Positions 1 through 15,000 of a DNA stretch of 64,000 nucleotides are shown here, piece by piece. Position 1 is the first letter of the stretch. Each line of letters opens with the position of its first letter. Position numbers and translations under genes: made by a program. The notes beneath the pieces were generated by a model. That model searched no databases. It saw nothing but the letters and a program-made list of their open reading frames with translations, and was not told the origin of the DNA. The DNA lies in contig CM082589.2 in assembly GCA_040954595.2 (NCBI GenBank), forward strand, positions 6,879,186 to 6,943,185, written 5' to 3'. The DNA is from Balanoglossus misakiensis (lineage: Eukaryota; Animalia; Hemichordata).

Positions 1-3000
1 AAATTCGCAAAGTCGAAAAATCGTCGATTTTGGACGACTTTCATGGCCTATAACCCATGGTTTTTATCAAAAAATGACCAAATTTTGAAAATTCGCAAAG
101 TCGAAAAATCGTCGATTTTGGACGACTTTCATGGCCTATAACCCATGGTTTTTATCAAAAAATGAATAAATTTTGAAAATTCGCAAAGTCGAAAAATCGT
201 CGATTTTGGACGACTTTCATGGGCTATAACCCATGGTTTTTATCAAAAAATGACCAAATTTTGAAAATTCGCAAAGTCGAAAAATCGTCGATTTTGGACG
301 ATTTTCATGGCCTATAACCCATGGTTTTTATCAAAAAATGACCAAATTTTGAAAATTCGCAAAGTGGAAAAATCGTCGATTTTGGACGATTTTCATGGGC
401 TATAACCCATGGTTTTTATCAAAAAATGACCAAATTTTGAAAATTCGCAAAGTCGAAAAATCGTCGATTTTGGACGATTTTCATGGCCTATAACCCATGG
501 TTTTTATCAAAAAATGACCAAATTTTGAAAATTCGCAAAGTCGAAAAATCGTCGATTTTGGACGATTTTCATGAGCTATAATCCATGTTTTTTTTTCAAA
601 AAATGAAGAACTTTTGAAAATTCGCAGAGTCCAAAAGTCGTCACTTTTGGATGATTTTCATGAGCTATAACCCATGTTTTTTTTTTCAAAAAATGACGAA
701 ATTTTGAAAATTCGCAAAGTCGAAAAGTCGTCACTTTTGGATGATTTTCATGAGCTATAACCCATGGTTTTTATCAAAAATGACCAAATTTTGAAAATTC
801 GCAAAGTCGAAAAATCGTCGATTTTGGACGATTTTCATGGGCTATAACCCATGGTTTTTATCAAAAAATGACCAAATTTTGAAAATTCGCAAAGTCGAAA
901 AATCGTCGATTTTGGACGATTTTCATGGGCTATAACCCATGGTTTTTATCAAAAAATGACCAAATTTTGAAAATTCGCAAAGTCGAAAAATCGTCGATTT
1001 TGGACGATTTTCATGGGCTATAACCCATGGTTTTTATCAAAAAATGACCAAATTTTGAAAATTCGCAAAGTCGAAAAATCGTCGATTTTGGACGATTTTC
1101 ATGGGCTATAACCCATGGTTTTTATCAAAAAATGACCAAATTTTGAAAATTCGCAAAGTCGAAAAATCGTCGATTTTGGACGATTTTCATGGGCTATAAC
1201 CCATGGTTTTTATCAAAAAATGACCATATTTTGAAAATTCGCAAAGTCGAAAAATCGTCGATTTTGGACGATTTTCATGGGCTATAACCCATGGTTTTTA
1301 TCAAAAAATGACCATATTTTGAAAATTCGCAAAGTCGAAAAATCGTCGATTTTGGACGATTTTCATGGGCTATAACCCATGGTTTTTATCAAAAAATGAC
1401 CAAATTTTGAAAATTCGCAAAGTCGAAAAATCGTCGATTTTGGACGATTTTCATGGGCTATAACCCATGGTTTTTATCAAAAAATGACCAAATTTTGAAA
1501 ATTCGCAAAGTCGAAAAATCGTCGATTTTGGACGATTTTCATGGGCTATAACCCATGGTTTTTATCAAAAAATGACCAAATTTTGAAAATTCGCAAAGTC
1601 GAAAAATCGTCGATTTTGGACGATTTTCATGGGCTATAACCCATGGTTTTTATCAAAAAATGACCAAATTTTGAAAATTCGCAAAGTGGAAAAATCGTCG
1701 ATTTTGGACGATTTTCATGGGCTATAACCCATGGTTTTTATCAAACAATGACCAAATTTTGAAAATTCGCAAAGTCGAAAAATCGTCGATTTTGGACGAT
1801 TTTCATGGGCTATAACCCATGGTTTTTATCAAAAAATGACCAAATTTTGAAAATTCGCAAAGTCGAAAAATCGTCGATTTTGGACGATTTTCATGGGCTA
1901 TAACCCATGGTTTTTATCAAAAAATGACCAAATTTTGAAAATTCGCAAAGTGGAAAAATCGTCGATTTTGGACGATTTTCATGGGCTATAACCCATGGTT
2001 TTTATCAAAAAATGACCAAATTTTGAAAATTCGCAAAGTGGAAAAATCGTCGATTTTGGACGATTTTCATGGGCTATAACCCATGGTTTTTATCAAAAAA
2101 TGACCAAATTTTGAAAATTCGCAAAGTGGAAAAATCGTCGATTTTGGACGATTTTCATGGGCTATAACCCATGGTTTTTATCAAAAAATGACCAAATTTT
2201 GAAAATTCGCAAAGTGGAAAAATCGTCGATTTTGGACGATTTTCATGGGCTATAACCCATGGTTTTTATCAAAAAATGACCAAATTTTGAAAATTCGCAA
2301 AGTGGAAAAATCGTCGATTTTGGACGATTTTCATGGGCTATAACCCATGGTTTTTATCAAAAAATGACCAAATTTTGAAAATTCGCAAAGTCGAAAAATC
2401 GTCGATTTTGGACGATTTTCATGGGCTATAACCCATGGTTTTTATCAAAAAATGACCAAATTTTGAAAATTCGCAAAGTGGAAAAATCGTCGATTTTGGA
2501 CGATTTTCATGGGCTATAACCCATGGTTTTTATCAAAAAATGACCAAATTTTGAAAATTCGCAAAGTCGAAAAATCGTCGATTTTGGACGATTTTCATGG
2601 CCTATAACCCATGGTTTTTATCAAAAAATGACCAAATTTTGAAAATTCGCAAAGTCGAAAAATCGTCGATTTTGGACGATTTTCATGGCCTATAACCCAT
2701 GGTTTTTATCAAAAAATGACCAAATTTTGAAAATTCGCAAAGTGGAAAAATCGTCGATTTTGGACGATTTTCATGGGCTATAACCCATGGTTTTTATCAA
2801 AAAATGACCAAATTTTGAAAATTCGCAAAGTGGAAAAATCGTCGATTTTGGACGATTTTCATGGGCTATAACCCATGGTTTTTATCAAAAAATGACCAAA
2901 TTTTGAAAATTCGCAAAGTGGAAAAATCGTCGATTTTGGACGATTTTCATGGGCTATAACCCATGGTTTTTATCAAAAAATGACCAAATTTTGAAAATTC

Positions 3001-6000
3001 GCAAAGTCGAAAAATCGTCGATTTTGGACGATTTTCATGGGCTATAACCCATGGTTTTTATCAAAAAATGACCAAATTTTGAAAATTCGCAAAGTGGAAA
3101 AATCGTCGATTTTGGACGATTTTCATGGGCTATAACCCATGGTTTTTATCAAAAAATGACCAAATTTTGAAAATTCGCAAAGTGGAAAAATCGTCGATTT
3201 TGGACGATTTTCATGGGCTATAACCCATGGTTTTTATCAAAAAATGACCATATTTTGAAAATTCGCAAAGTGGAAAAATCGTCGATTTTGGACGATTTTC
3301 ATGGGCTATAAACCATGGTTTTTATCAAAAAATGACCAAATTTTGAAAATTCGCAAAGTGGAAAAATCGTCGATTTTGGACGATTTTCATGGGCTATAAC
3401 CCATGGTTTTTATCAAAAAATGACCAAATTTTGAAAATTCGCAAAGTGGAAAAATCGTCGATTTTGGACGATTTTCATGGGCTATAACCCATGGTTTTTA
3501 TCAAAAAATGACCAAATTTTGAAAATTCGCAAAGTGGAAAAATCGTCGATTTTGGACGATTTTCATGGGCTATAACCCATGGTTTTTATCAAAAAATGAC
3601 CATATTTTGAAAATTCGCAAAGTCGAACAATCGTCGATTTTGGACGATTTTCATGGGCTATAACCCATGGTTTTTATCAAAAAATGACCATATTTTGAAA
3701 ATTCGCAAAGTGGAAAAATCGTCGATTTTGGACGATTTTCATGGGCTATAACCCATGGTTTTTATCAAAAAATGACCAAATTTTGAAAATTCGCAAAGTG
3801 GAAAAATCGTCGATTTTGGACGATTTTCATGGGCTATAACCCATGGTTTTTATCAAAAAATGACCAAATTTTGAAAATTCGCAAAGTGGAAAAATCGTCG
3901 ATTTTGGACGATTTTCATGGGCTATAACCCATGGTTTTTATCAAAAAATGACCAAATTTTGAAAATTCGCAAAGTCGAAAAATCGTCGATTTTGGACCAT
4001 TTTCATGGGCTATAACCCATGGTTTTTATCAAAAAATGACCAAATTTTGAAAATTCGCAAAGTCGAAAAATCGTCGATTTTGGACGATTTTCATGGGCTA
4101 TAACCCATGGTTTTTATCAAAAAATGACCAAATTTTGAAAATTCGCAAAGTCGAAAAATCGTCGATTTTGGACGATTTTCATGGCCTATAACCCATGGTT
4201 TTTATCAAAAAATGACCAAATTTTGAAAATTCGCAAAGTGGAAAAAATCGTCGATTTTGGACGATTTTCATGGGCTATAACCCATGGTTTTTATCAAAAA
4301 ATGACCAAATTTTGAAAATTCGCAAAGTGGAAAAATCGTCGATTTTGGACGATTTTCATGGGCTATAACCCATGGTTTTTATCAAAAAATGACCAAATTT
4401 TGAAAATTCGCAAAGTGGAAAAATCGTCGATTTTGGACGATTTTCATGGGCTATAACCCATGGTTTTTATCAAAAAATGACCAAATTTTGAAAATTCGCA
4501 ATGTGGAAAAATCGTCGATTTTGGACGATTTTCATGGGCTATAACCCATGGTTTTTATCAAAAAATGACCAAATTTTGAAAATTCGCAAAGTGGAAAAAT
4601 CGTCGATTTTGGACGATTTTCATGGGCTATAACCCATGGTTTTTATCAAAAAATGACCAAATTTTGAAAATTCGCAAAGTGGAAAAATCGTCGATTTTGG
4701 ACGATTTTCATGGGCTATAACCCATGGTTTTTATCAAAAAATGACCAAATTTTGAAAATTCGCAAAGTCGAAAAATCGTCGATTTTGGACGATTTTCATG
4801 GGCTATAACCCATGGTTTTTATCAAAAAATGACCAAATTTTGAAAATTCGCAAAGTGGAAAAATCGTCGATTTTGGACGATTTTCATGGGCTATAACCCA
4901 TGGTTTTTATCAAAAAATGACCAAATTTTGAAAATTCGCAAAGTGGAAAAATCGTCGATTTTGGACGATTTTCATGGGCTATAACCCATGGTTTTTATCA
5001 AAAAATGACCAAATTTTGAAAATTCGCAAAGTCGAAAAATCGTCGATTTTGGACGATTTTCATGGGCTATAACCCATGGTTTTTATCAAAAAATGACCAA
5101 ATTTTGAAAATTCGCAAAGTCGAAAAATCGTCGATTTTGGACGATTTTCATGGGCTATAACCCATGGTTTTTATCAAAAAATGACCAAATTTTGAAAATT
5201 CGCAAAGTCGAAAAATCGTCGATTTTGGACGATTTTCATGGGCTATAACCCATGGTTTTTATCAAAAAATGACCAAATTTTGAAAATTCGCAAAGTCGAA
5301 AAATCGTCGATTTTGGACGATTTTCATGGGCTATAACCCATGGTTTTTATCAAAAAATGACCAAATTTTGAAAATTCGCAAAGTCGAAAAATCGTCGATT
5401 TTGGACGATTTTCATGGGCTATAACCCATGGTTTTTATCAAAAAATGACCAAATTTTGAAAATTCGCAAAGTCGAAAAATCGTCGATTTTGGACGATTTT
5501 CATGGGCTATAACCCATGGTTTTTATCAAAAAATGACCAAATTTTGAAAATTCGCAAAGTCGAAAAATCGTCCATTTTGGACGATTTTCATGGGCTATAA
5601 CCCATGGTTTTTATCAAAAAATGACCAAATTTTGAAAATTCGCAAAGTGGAAAAATCGTCGATTTTGGACGATTTTCATGGGCTATAACCCATGGTTTTT
5701 ATCAAAAAATGACCAAATTTTGAAAATTCGCAAAGTGGAAAAATCGTCGATTTTGGACGATTTTCATGGGCTATAACCCATGGTTTTTATCAAAAAATGA
5801 CCAAATTTTGAAAATTCGCAAAGTGGAAAAATCGTCGATTTTGGACGATTTTCATGGGCTATAACCCATGGTTTTTATCAAAAAATGACCAAATTTTGGA
5901 AATTCGCAAAGTGGAAAAATCGTCGATTTTGGACGATTTTCATGGGCTATAACCCATGGTTTTTATCAAAAAATGACCAAATTTTGAAAATTCGCAAAGT

Positions 6001-9000
6001 GGAAAAATCGTCGATTTTGGACGATTTTCATGGGCTATAACCCATGGTTTTTATCAAAAAATGACCAAATTTTGAAAATTCGCAAAGTGGAAAAATCGTC
6101 GATTTTGGACGATTTTCATGGGCTATAACCCATGGTTTTTTTCAAAAAATGACCATATTTTGAAAATTCGCAAAGTGGAAAAATCGTCGATTTTGGACGA
6201 TTTTCATGGGCTATAACCCATGGTTTTTATCAAAAAATGACCAAATTTTGAAAATTCGCAAAGTGGAAAAATCGTCGATTTTGGACGATTTTCATGGGCT
6301 ATAACCCATGGTTTTTATCAAAAAATGACCAAATTTTGAAAATTCGCAAAGTCGAAAAATCGTCGATTTTGGACGATTTTCATGGGCTATAACCCATGGT
6401 TTTTATCAAAAAATGACCAAATTTTGAAAATTCGCAAAGTCGAAAAATCGTCCATTTTGGACGATTTTCATGGGCTATAACCCATGGTTTTTATCAAAAA
6501 ATGACCAAATTTTGAAAATTCGCAAAGTCGAAAAATCGTCCATTTTGGACGATTTTCATGGGCTATAACCCATGGTTTTTTTCAAAAAATGACCATATTT
6601 TGAAACTTCGCAAAGTGGAAAAATCGTCGATTTTGGACGATTTTCATGGGCTATAACCCATGGTTTTTATCAAAAAATGACCAAATTTTGAAAATTCGCA
6701 AAGTGGAAAAATCGTCGATTTTGGACGATTTTCATGGGCTATAACCCATGGTTTTTATCAAAAAATGACCAAATTTTGAAAATTCGCAAAGTCGAAAAAT
6801 CGTCGATTTTTGGACGATTTTCATGGGCTATAACCCATGGTTTTTATCAAAAAATGACCAAATTTTGAAAATTCGCAAAGTCGAAAAATCGTCGATTTTG
6901 GACGATTTTCATGGGCTATAACCCATGGTTTTTATCAAAAAATGACCAAATTTTGAAAATTCGCAAAGTCGAAAAATCGTCGATTTTGGACGATTTTCAT
7001 GGGCTATAACCCATGGTTTTTATCAAAAAATGACCAAATTTTGAAAATTCGCAAAGTCGAAAAATCGTCGATTTTGGACGATTTTCATGGGCTATAACCC
7101 ATGGTTTTTATCAAAAAATGACCAAATTTTGAAAATTCGCAAAGTCGAAAAATCGTCGATTTTGGACGATTTTCATGGGCTATAACCCATGGTTTTTATC
7201 AAAAAATGACCAAATTTTGAAAATTCGCAAAGTCGAAAAATCGTCGATTTTGGACGATTTTCATGGGCTATAACCCATGGTTTTTATCAAAAAATGACCA
7301 AATTTTGAAAATTCGCAAAGTCGAAAAATCGTCGATTTTGGACGATTTTCATGGGCTATAACCCATGGTTTTTATCAAAAAATGACCAAATTTTGAAAAT
7401 TCGCAAAGTCGAAAAATCGTCGATTTTGGACGATTTTCATGGGCTATAACCCATGGTTTTTATCAAAAAATGACCAAATTTTGAAAATTCGCAAAGTGGA
7501 AAAATCGTCGATTTTGGACGATTTTCATGGGCTATAACCCATGGTTTTTATCAAAAAATGACCAAATTTTGAAAATTCGCAAAGTGGAAAAATCGTCGAT
7601 TTTGGACGATTTTCATGGGCTATAACCCATGGTTTTTATCAAAAAATGACCAAATTTTGAAAATTCGCAAAGTGGAAAAATCGTCGATTTTGGACGATTT
7701 TCATGGGCTATAACCCATGGTTTTTATCAAAAAATGACCAAATTTTGAAAATTCGCAAAGTGGAAAAATCGTCGATTTTGGACGATTTTCATGGGCTATA
7801 ACCCATGGTTTTTATCAAAAAATGACCAAATTTTGAAAATTCGCAAAGTCGAAAAATCGTCGATTTTGGACGATTTTCATGGGCTATAACCCATGGTTTT
7901 TTTCAAAAAATGACCATATTTTGAAAATTCGCAAAGTGGAAAAATCGTCGATTTTGGACGATTTTCATGGGCTATAACCCATGGTTTTTATCAAAAAATG
8001 ACCAAATTTTGAAAATTCGCAAAGTCGAAAAATCGTCGATTTTGGACGATTTTCATGGGCTATAACCCATGGTTTTTATCAAAAAATGACCAAATTTTGA
8101 AAATTCGCAAAGTCGAAAAATCGTCGATTTTGGACGATTTTCATGGGCTATAACCCATGGTTTTTATCAAAAAATGACCAAATTTTGAAAATTCGCAAAG
8201 TCGAAAAATCGTCGATTTTGGACGATTTTCATGGGCTATAACCCATGGTTTTTATCAAAAAATGACCAAATTTTGAAAATTCGCAAAGTCGAAAAATCGT
8301 CGATTTTGGACGATTTTCATGGGCTATAACCCATGGTTTTTATCAAAAAATGACCAAATTTTGAAAATTCGCAAAGTCGAAAAATCGTCGATTTTGGACG
8401 ATTTTCATGGGCTATAACCCATGGTTTTTATCAAAAAATGACCAAATTTTGAAAATTCGCAAAGTGGAAAAATCGTCGATTTTGGACGATTTTCATGGGC
8501 TATAACCCATGGTTTTTATCAAAAAATGACCAAATTTTGAAAATTCGCAAAGTGGAAAAATCGTCGATTTTGGACGATTTTCATGGGCTATAACCCATGG
8601 TTTTTATCAAAAAATGACCAAATTTTGAAAATTCGCAAAGTGGAAAAATCGTCGATTTTGGACGATTTTCATGGGCTATAACCCATGGTTTTTATCAAAA
8701 AATGACCAAATTTTGAAAATTCGCAAAGTGGAAAAATCGTCGATTTTGGACGATTTTCATGGGCTATAACCCATGGTTTTTATCAAAAAATGACCAAATT
8801 TTGAAAATTCGCAAAGTGGAAAAATCGTCGATTTTGGACGATTTTCATGGGCTATAACCCATGGTTTTTTTCAAAAAATGACCATATTTTGAAAATTCGC
8901 AAAGTCGAAAAATCGTCGATTTTGGACGATTTTCATGGGCTATAACCCATGGTTTTTTTCAAAAAATGACCATATTTTGAAAATTCGCAAAGTCGAAAAA

Positions 9001-12000
9001 TCGTCGATTTTGGACGATTTTCATGGGCTATAACCCATGGTTTTTATCAAAAAATGACCAAATTTTGAAAATTCGCAAAGTCGAAAAATCGTCGATTTTG
9101 GACGATTTTCATGGGCTATAACCCATGGTTTTTATCAAAAAATGACCAAATTTTGAAAATTCGCAAAGTCGAAAAATCGTCGATTTTGGACGATTTTCAT
9201 GGGCTATAACCCATGGTTTTTATGAAAAAATGACCAAATTTTGAAAATTCGCAAAGTGGAAAAATCGTCGATTTTGGACGATTTTCATGGGCTATAACCC
9301 ATGGTTTTTTTCAAAAAATGACCATATTTTGAAAATTCGCAAAGTCGAAAAATCGTCGATTTTGGACGATTTTCATGGGCTATAACCCATGGTTTTTATC
9401 AAAAAATGACCAAATTTTGAAAATTCGCAAAGTCGAAAAATCGTCGATTTTGGACGATTTTCATGGGCTATAACCCATGGTTTTTATCAAAAAATGACCA
9501 AATTTTGAAAATTCGCAAAGTCGAAAAATCGTCGATTTTGGACGATTTTCATGGGCTATAACCCATGGTTTTTATCAAAAAATGACCAAATTTTGAAAAT
9601 TCGCAAAGTCGAAAAATCGTCGATTTTGGACGATTTTCATGGGCTATAACCCATGGTTTTTATCAAAAAATGACCAAATTTTGAAAATTCGCAAAGTCGA
9701 AAAATCGTCGATTTTGGACGATTTTCATGGGCTATAACCCATGGTTTTTATCAAAAAATGACCAAATTTTGAAAATTCGCAAAGTCGAAAAATCGTCGAT
9801 TTTGGACGATTTTCATGGGCTATAACCCATGGTTTTTATCAAACAATGACCAAATTTTGAAAATTCGCAAAGTCGAAAAATCGTCGATTTTGGACGATTT
9901 TCATGGGCTATAACCCATGGTTTTTATAAAAAAATGACCAAATTTTGAAAATTCGCAAAGTCGAAAAATCGTCGATTTTGGACGATTTTCATGGGCTATA
10001 ACCCATGGTTTTTATAAAAAAATGACCAAATTTTGAAAATTCGCAAAGTGGAAAAATCGTCGATTTTGGACGATTTTCATGGGCTATAACCCATGGTTTT
10101 TATCAAAAAATGACCAAATTTTGAAAATTCGCAAAGTGGAAAAATCGTCGATTTTGGACGATTTTCATGGGCTATAACCCATGGTTTTTATCAAAAAATG
10201 ACCAAATTTTGAAAATTCGCAAAGTGGAAAAATCGTCGATTTTGGACGATTTTCATGGGCTATAACCCATGGTTTTTATCAAAAAATGACCAAATTTTGA
10301 AAATTCGCAAAGTGGAAAAATCGTCGATTTTGGACGATTTTCATGGGCTATAACCCATGGTTTTTATCAAAAAATGACCAAATTTTGAAAATTCGCAAAG
10401 TGGAAAAATCGTCGATTTTGGACGATTTTCATGGGCTATAACCCATGGTTTTTATCAAAAAATGACCAAATTTTGAAAATTCGCAAAGTCGAAAAATCGT
10501 CGATTTTGGACGATTTTCATGGGCTATAACCCATGGTTTTTATCAAAAAATGACCAAATTTTGAAAATTCGCAAAGTCGAAAAATCGTCGATTTTGGACG
10601 ATTTTCATGGCCTATAACCCATGGTTTTTATCAAAAAATGACCAAATTTTGAAAATTCGCAAAGTGGAAAAATCGTCGATTTTGGACGATTTTCATGGCC
10701 TATAACCCATGGTTTTTATCAAAAAATGACCAAATTTTGAAAATTCGCAAAGTCGAAAAATCGTCGATTTTGGACGATTTTCATGGCCTATAACCCATGG
10801 TTTTTATCAAAAAATGACCAAATTTTGAAAATTCGCAAAGTGGAAAAATCGTCGATTTTGGACGATTTTCATGGGCTATAACCCATGGTTTTTATCAAAA
10901 AATGACCAAATTTTGAAAATTCGCAAAGTGGAAAAATCGTCGATTTTGGACGATTTTCATGGGCTATAACCCATGGTTTTTATCAAAAAATGACCAAATT
11001 TTGAAAATTCGCAAAGTGGAAAAATCGTCGATTTTGGACGATTTTCATGGGCTATAACCCATGGTTTTTATCAAAAAATGACCATATTTTGAAAATTCGC
11101 AAAGTCGAAAAATCGTCGATTTTGGACGATTTTCATGGGCTATAACCCATGGTTTTTATCAAAAAATGACCATATTTTGAAAATTCGCAAAGTCGAAAAA
11201 TCGTCGATTTTGGACGATTTTCATGGGCTATAACCCATGGTTTTTATCAAACAATGACCAAATTTTGAAAATTCGCAAAGTCGAAAAATCGTCGATTTTG
11301 GACGATTTTCATGGGCTATAACCCATGGTTTTTATCAAAAAATGACCAAATTTTGAAAATTCGCAAAGTGGAAAAATCGTCGATTTTGGACGATTTTCAT
11401 GGGCTATAACCCATGGTTTTTATCAAAAAATGACCAAATTTTGAAAATTCGCAAAGTGGAAAAATCGTCGATTTTGGACGATTTTCATGGGCTATAACCC
11501 ATGGTTTTTATCAAAAAATGACCAAATTTTGAAAATTCGCAAAGTGGAAAAATCGTCGATTTTGGACGATTTTCATGGGCTATAACCCATGGTTTTTATC
11601 AAAAAATGACCATATTTTGAAAATTCGCAAAGTCGAACAATCGTCGATTTTGGACGATTTTCATGGGCTATAACCCATGGTTTTTATCAAAAAATGACCA
11701 TATTTTGAAAATTCGCAAAGTGGAAAAATCGTCGATTTTGGACGATTTTCATGGGCTATAACCCATGGTTTTTATCAAAAAATGACCAAATTTTGAAAAT
11801 TCGCAAAGTGGAAAAATCGTCGATTTTGGACGATTTTCATGGGCTATAACCCATGGTTTTTATCAAAAAATGACCAAATTTTGAAAATTCGCAAAGTCGA
11901 AAAATCGTCGATTTTGGACGATTTTCATGGGCTATAACCCATGGTTTTTATCAAAAAATGACCAAATTTTGAAAATTCGCAAAGTCGAAAAATCGTCGAT

Positions 12001-15000
12001 TTTGGACGATTTTCATGGGCTATAACCCATGGTTTTTATCAAAAAATGACCAAATTTTGAAAATTCGCAAAGTCGAAAAATCGTCGATTTTGGACGATTT
12101 TCATGGCCTATAACCCATGGTTTTTATCAAAAAATGACCAAATTTTGAAAATTCGCAAAGTCGAAAAATCGTCGATTTTGGACGATTTTCATGGCCTATA
12201 ACCCATGGTTTTTATCAAAAAATGACCAAATTTTGAAAATTCGCAAAGTCGAAAAATCGTCGATTTTGGACGATTTTCATGGCCTATAACCCATGGTTTT
12301 TATCAAAAAATGACCAAATTTTGAAAATTCGCAAAGTCGAAAAATCGTCGATTTTGGACGATTTTCATGGGCTATAAACCCATGGTTTTTATCAAAAAAT
12401 GACCAAATTTTGAAAATTCGCAAAGTGGAAAAATCGTCGATTTTGGACGATTTTCATGGGCTATAACCCATGGTTTTTATCAAAAAATGACCAAATTTTG
12501 AAAATTCGCAAAGTGGAAAAATCGTCGATTTTGGACGATTTTCATGGGCTATAACCCATGGTTTTTATCAAAAAATGACCAAATTTTGAAAATTCGCAAA
12601 GTGGAAAAATCGTCGATTTTGGACGAGTTTCATGGGCTATAACCCATGGTTTTTTTTCAAAAAATGACCAAATTTTGAAAATTCGCAAAGTGGAAAAATC
12701 GTCGATTTTGGACGATTTTCATGGGCTATAACCCATGGTTTTTATCAAAAAATGACCAAATTTTGAAAATTCGCAAAGTGGAAAAATCGTCGATTTTGGA
12801 CGATTTTCATGGGCTATAACCCATGGTTTTTATCAAAAAATGACCAAATTTTGAAAATTCGCAAAGTCGAAAAATCGTCGATTTTGGACGATTTTCATGG
12901 GCTATAACCCATGGTTTTTATCAAAAAATGACCAAATTTTGAAAATTCGCAAAGTCGAAAAATCGTCGATTTTGGACGATTTTCATGGGCTATAACCCAT
13001 GGTTTTTATCAAAAAATGACCAAATTTTGAAAATTCGCAAAGTCGAAAAATCGTCGATTTTGGACGATTTTCATGGGCTATAACCCATGGTTTTTATCAA
13101 AAAATGACCAAATTTTGAAAATTCGCAAAGTCGAAAAATCGTCGATTTTGGACGATTTTCATGGGCTATAACCCATGGTTTTTATCAAAAAATGACCAAA
13201 TTTTGAAAATTCGCTAAGTGGAAAAATCGTCGATTTTGGACGATTTTCATGGGCTATAACCCATGGTTTTTATCAAAAAATGACCAAATTTTGAAAATTC
13301 GCAAAGTGGAAAAATCGTCGATTTTGGACGATTTTCATGGGCTATAACCCATGGTTTTTATCAAAAAATGACCAAATTTTGAAAATTCGCAAAGTCGAAA
13401 AATCGTCGATTTTGGACGATTTTCATGGGCTATAACCCATGGTTTTTATCAAACATGACCAAATTTTAAAAATTCGCAAAGTGGAAAAATCGTCGATTTT
13501 GGACGATTTTCATGGGCTATAACCCATGGTTTTTATCAAAAAATGACCAAATTTTGAAAATTCGCAAAGTCGAAAAATCGTCGATTTTGGACGATTTTCA
13601 TGGGCTATAACCCATGGTTTTTATCAAAAAATGACCAAATTTTGAAAATTCGCAAAGTGGAAAAATCGTCGATTTTGGACGATTTTCATGGGCTATAACC
13701 CATGGTTTTTATCAAAAAATGACCAAATTTTGAAAATTCGCAAAGTGGAATAATCGTCGATTTTGGACGATTTTCATGGGCTATAACCCATGGTTTTTAT
13801 CAAAAAATGACCAAATTTTGAAAATTCGCAAAGTGGAAAAATCGTCGATTTTGGACGATTTTCATGGGCTATAACCCATGGTTTTTATCAAAAAATGACC
13901 AAATTTTGAAAATTCGCAAAGTCGAAAAATCGTCGATTTTGGACGATTTTCATGGGCTATAACCCATGGTTTTTATGAAAAAATGACCAAATTTTGAAAA
14001 TTCGCAAAGTGGAAAAATCGTCGATTTTGGACGATTTTCATGGGCTATAACCCATGGTTTTTTTCAAAAAATGACCATATTTTGAAAATTCGCAAAGTCG
14101 AAAAATCGTCGATTTTGGACGATTTTCATGGGCTATAACCCATGGTTTTTATCAAAAAATGACCAAATTTTGAAAATTCGCAAAGTCGAAAAATCGTCGA
14201 TTTTGGACGATTTTCATGGGCTATAACCCATGGTTTTTATCAAAAAATGACCAAATTTTGAAAATTCGCAAAGTCGAAAAATCGTCGATTTTGGACGATT
14301 TTCATGGGCTATAACCCATGGTTTTTATCAAAAAATGACCAAATTTTGAAAATTCGCAAAGTGGAAAAATCGTCGATTTTGGACGATTTTCATGGGCTAT
14401 AACCCATGGTTTTTATCAAAAAATGACCAAATTTTGAAAATTCGCAAAGTCGAAAAATCGTCGATTTTGGACGATTTTCATGGGCTATAACCCATGGTTT
14501 TTATCAAAAAATGACCAAATTTTGAAAATTCGCAAAGTCGAAAAATCGTCGATTTTGGACGATTTTCATGGCCTATAACCCATGGTTTTTATCAAAAAAT
14601 GACCAAATTTTGAAAATTCGCAAAGTGGAAAAATCGTCGATTTTGGACGATTTTCATGGGCTATAACCCATGGTTTTTATCAAAAAATGACCAAATTTTG
14701 AAAATTCGCAAAGTGGAAAAATCGTCGATTTTGGACGATTTTCATGGGCTATAACCCATGGTTTTTATCAAAAAATGACCAAATTTTGAAAATTCGCAAA
14801 GTGGAAAAATCGTCGATTTTGGACGATTTTCATGGGCTATAACCCATGGTTTTTATCAAAAAATGACCAAATTTTGAAAATTCGCAAAGTGGAAAAATCG
14901 TCGATTTTGGACGATTTTCATGGGCTATAACCCATGGTTTTTATAAAAAAATGACCAAATTTTGAAAATTCGCAAAGTCGAAAAATCGTCGATTTTGGAC

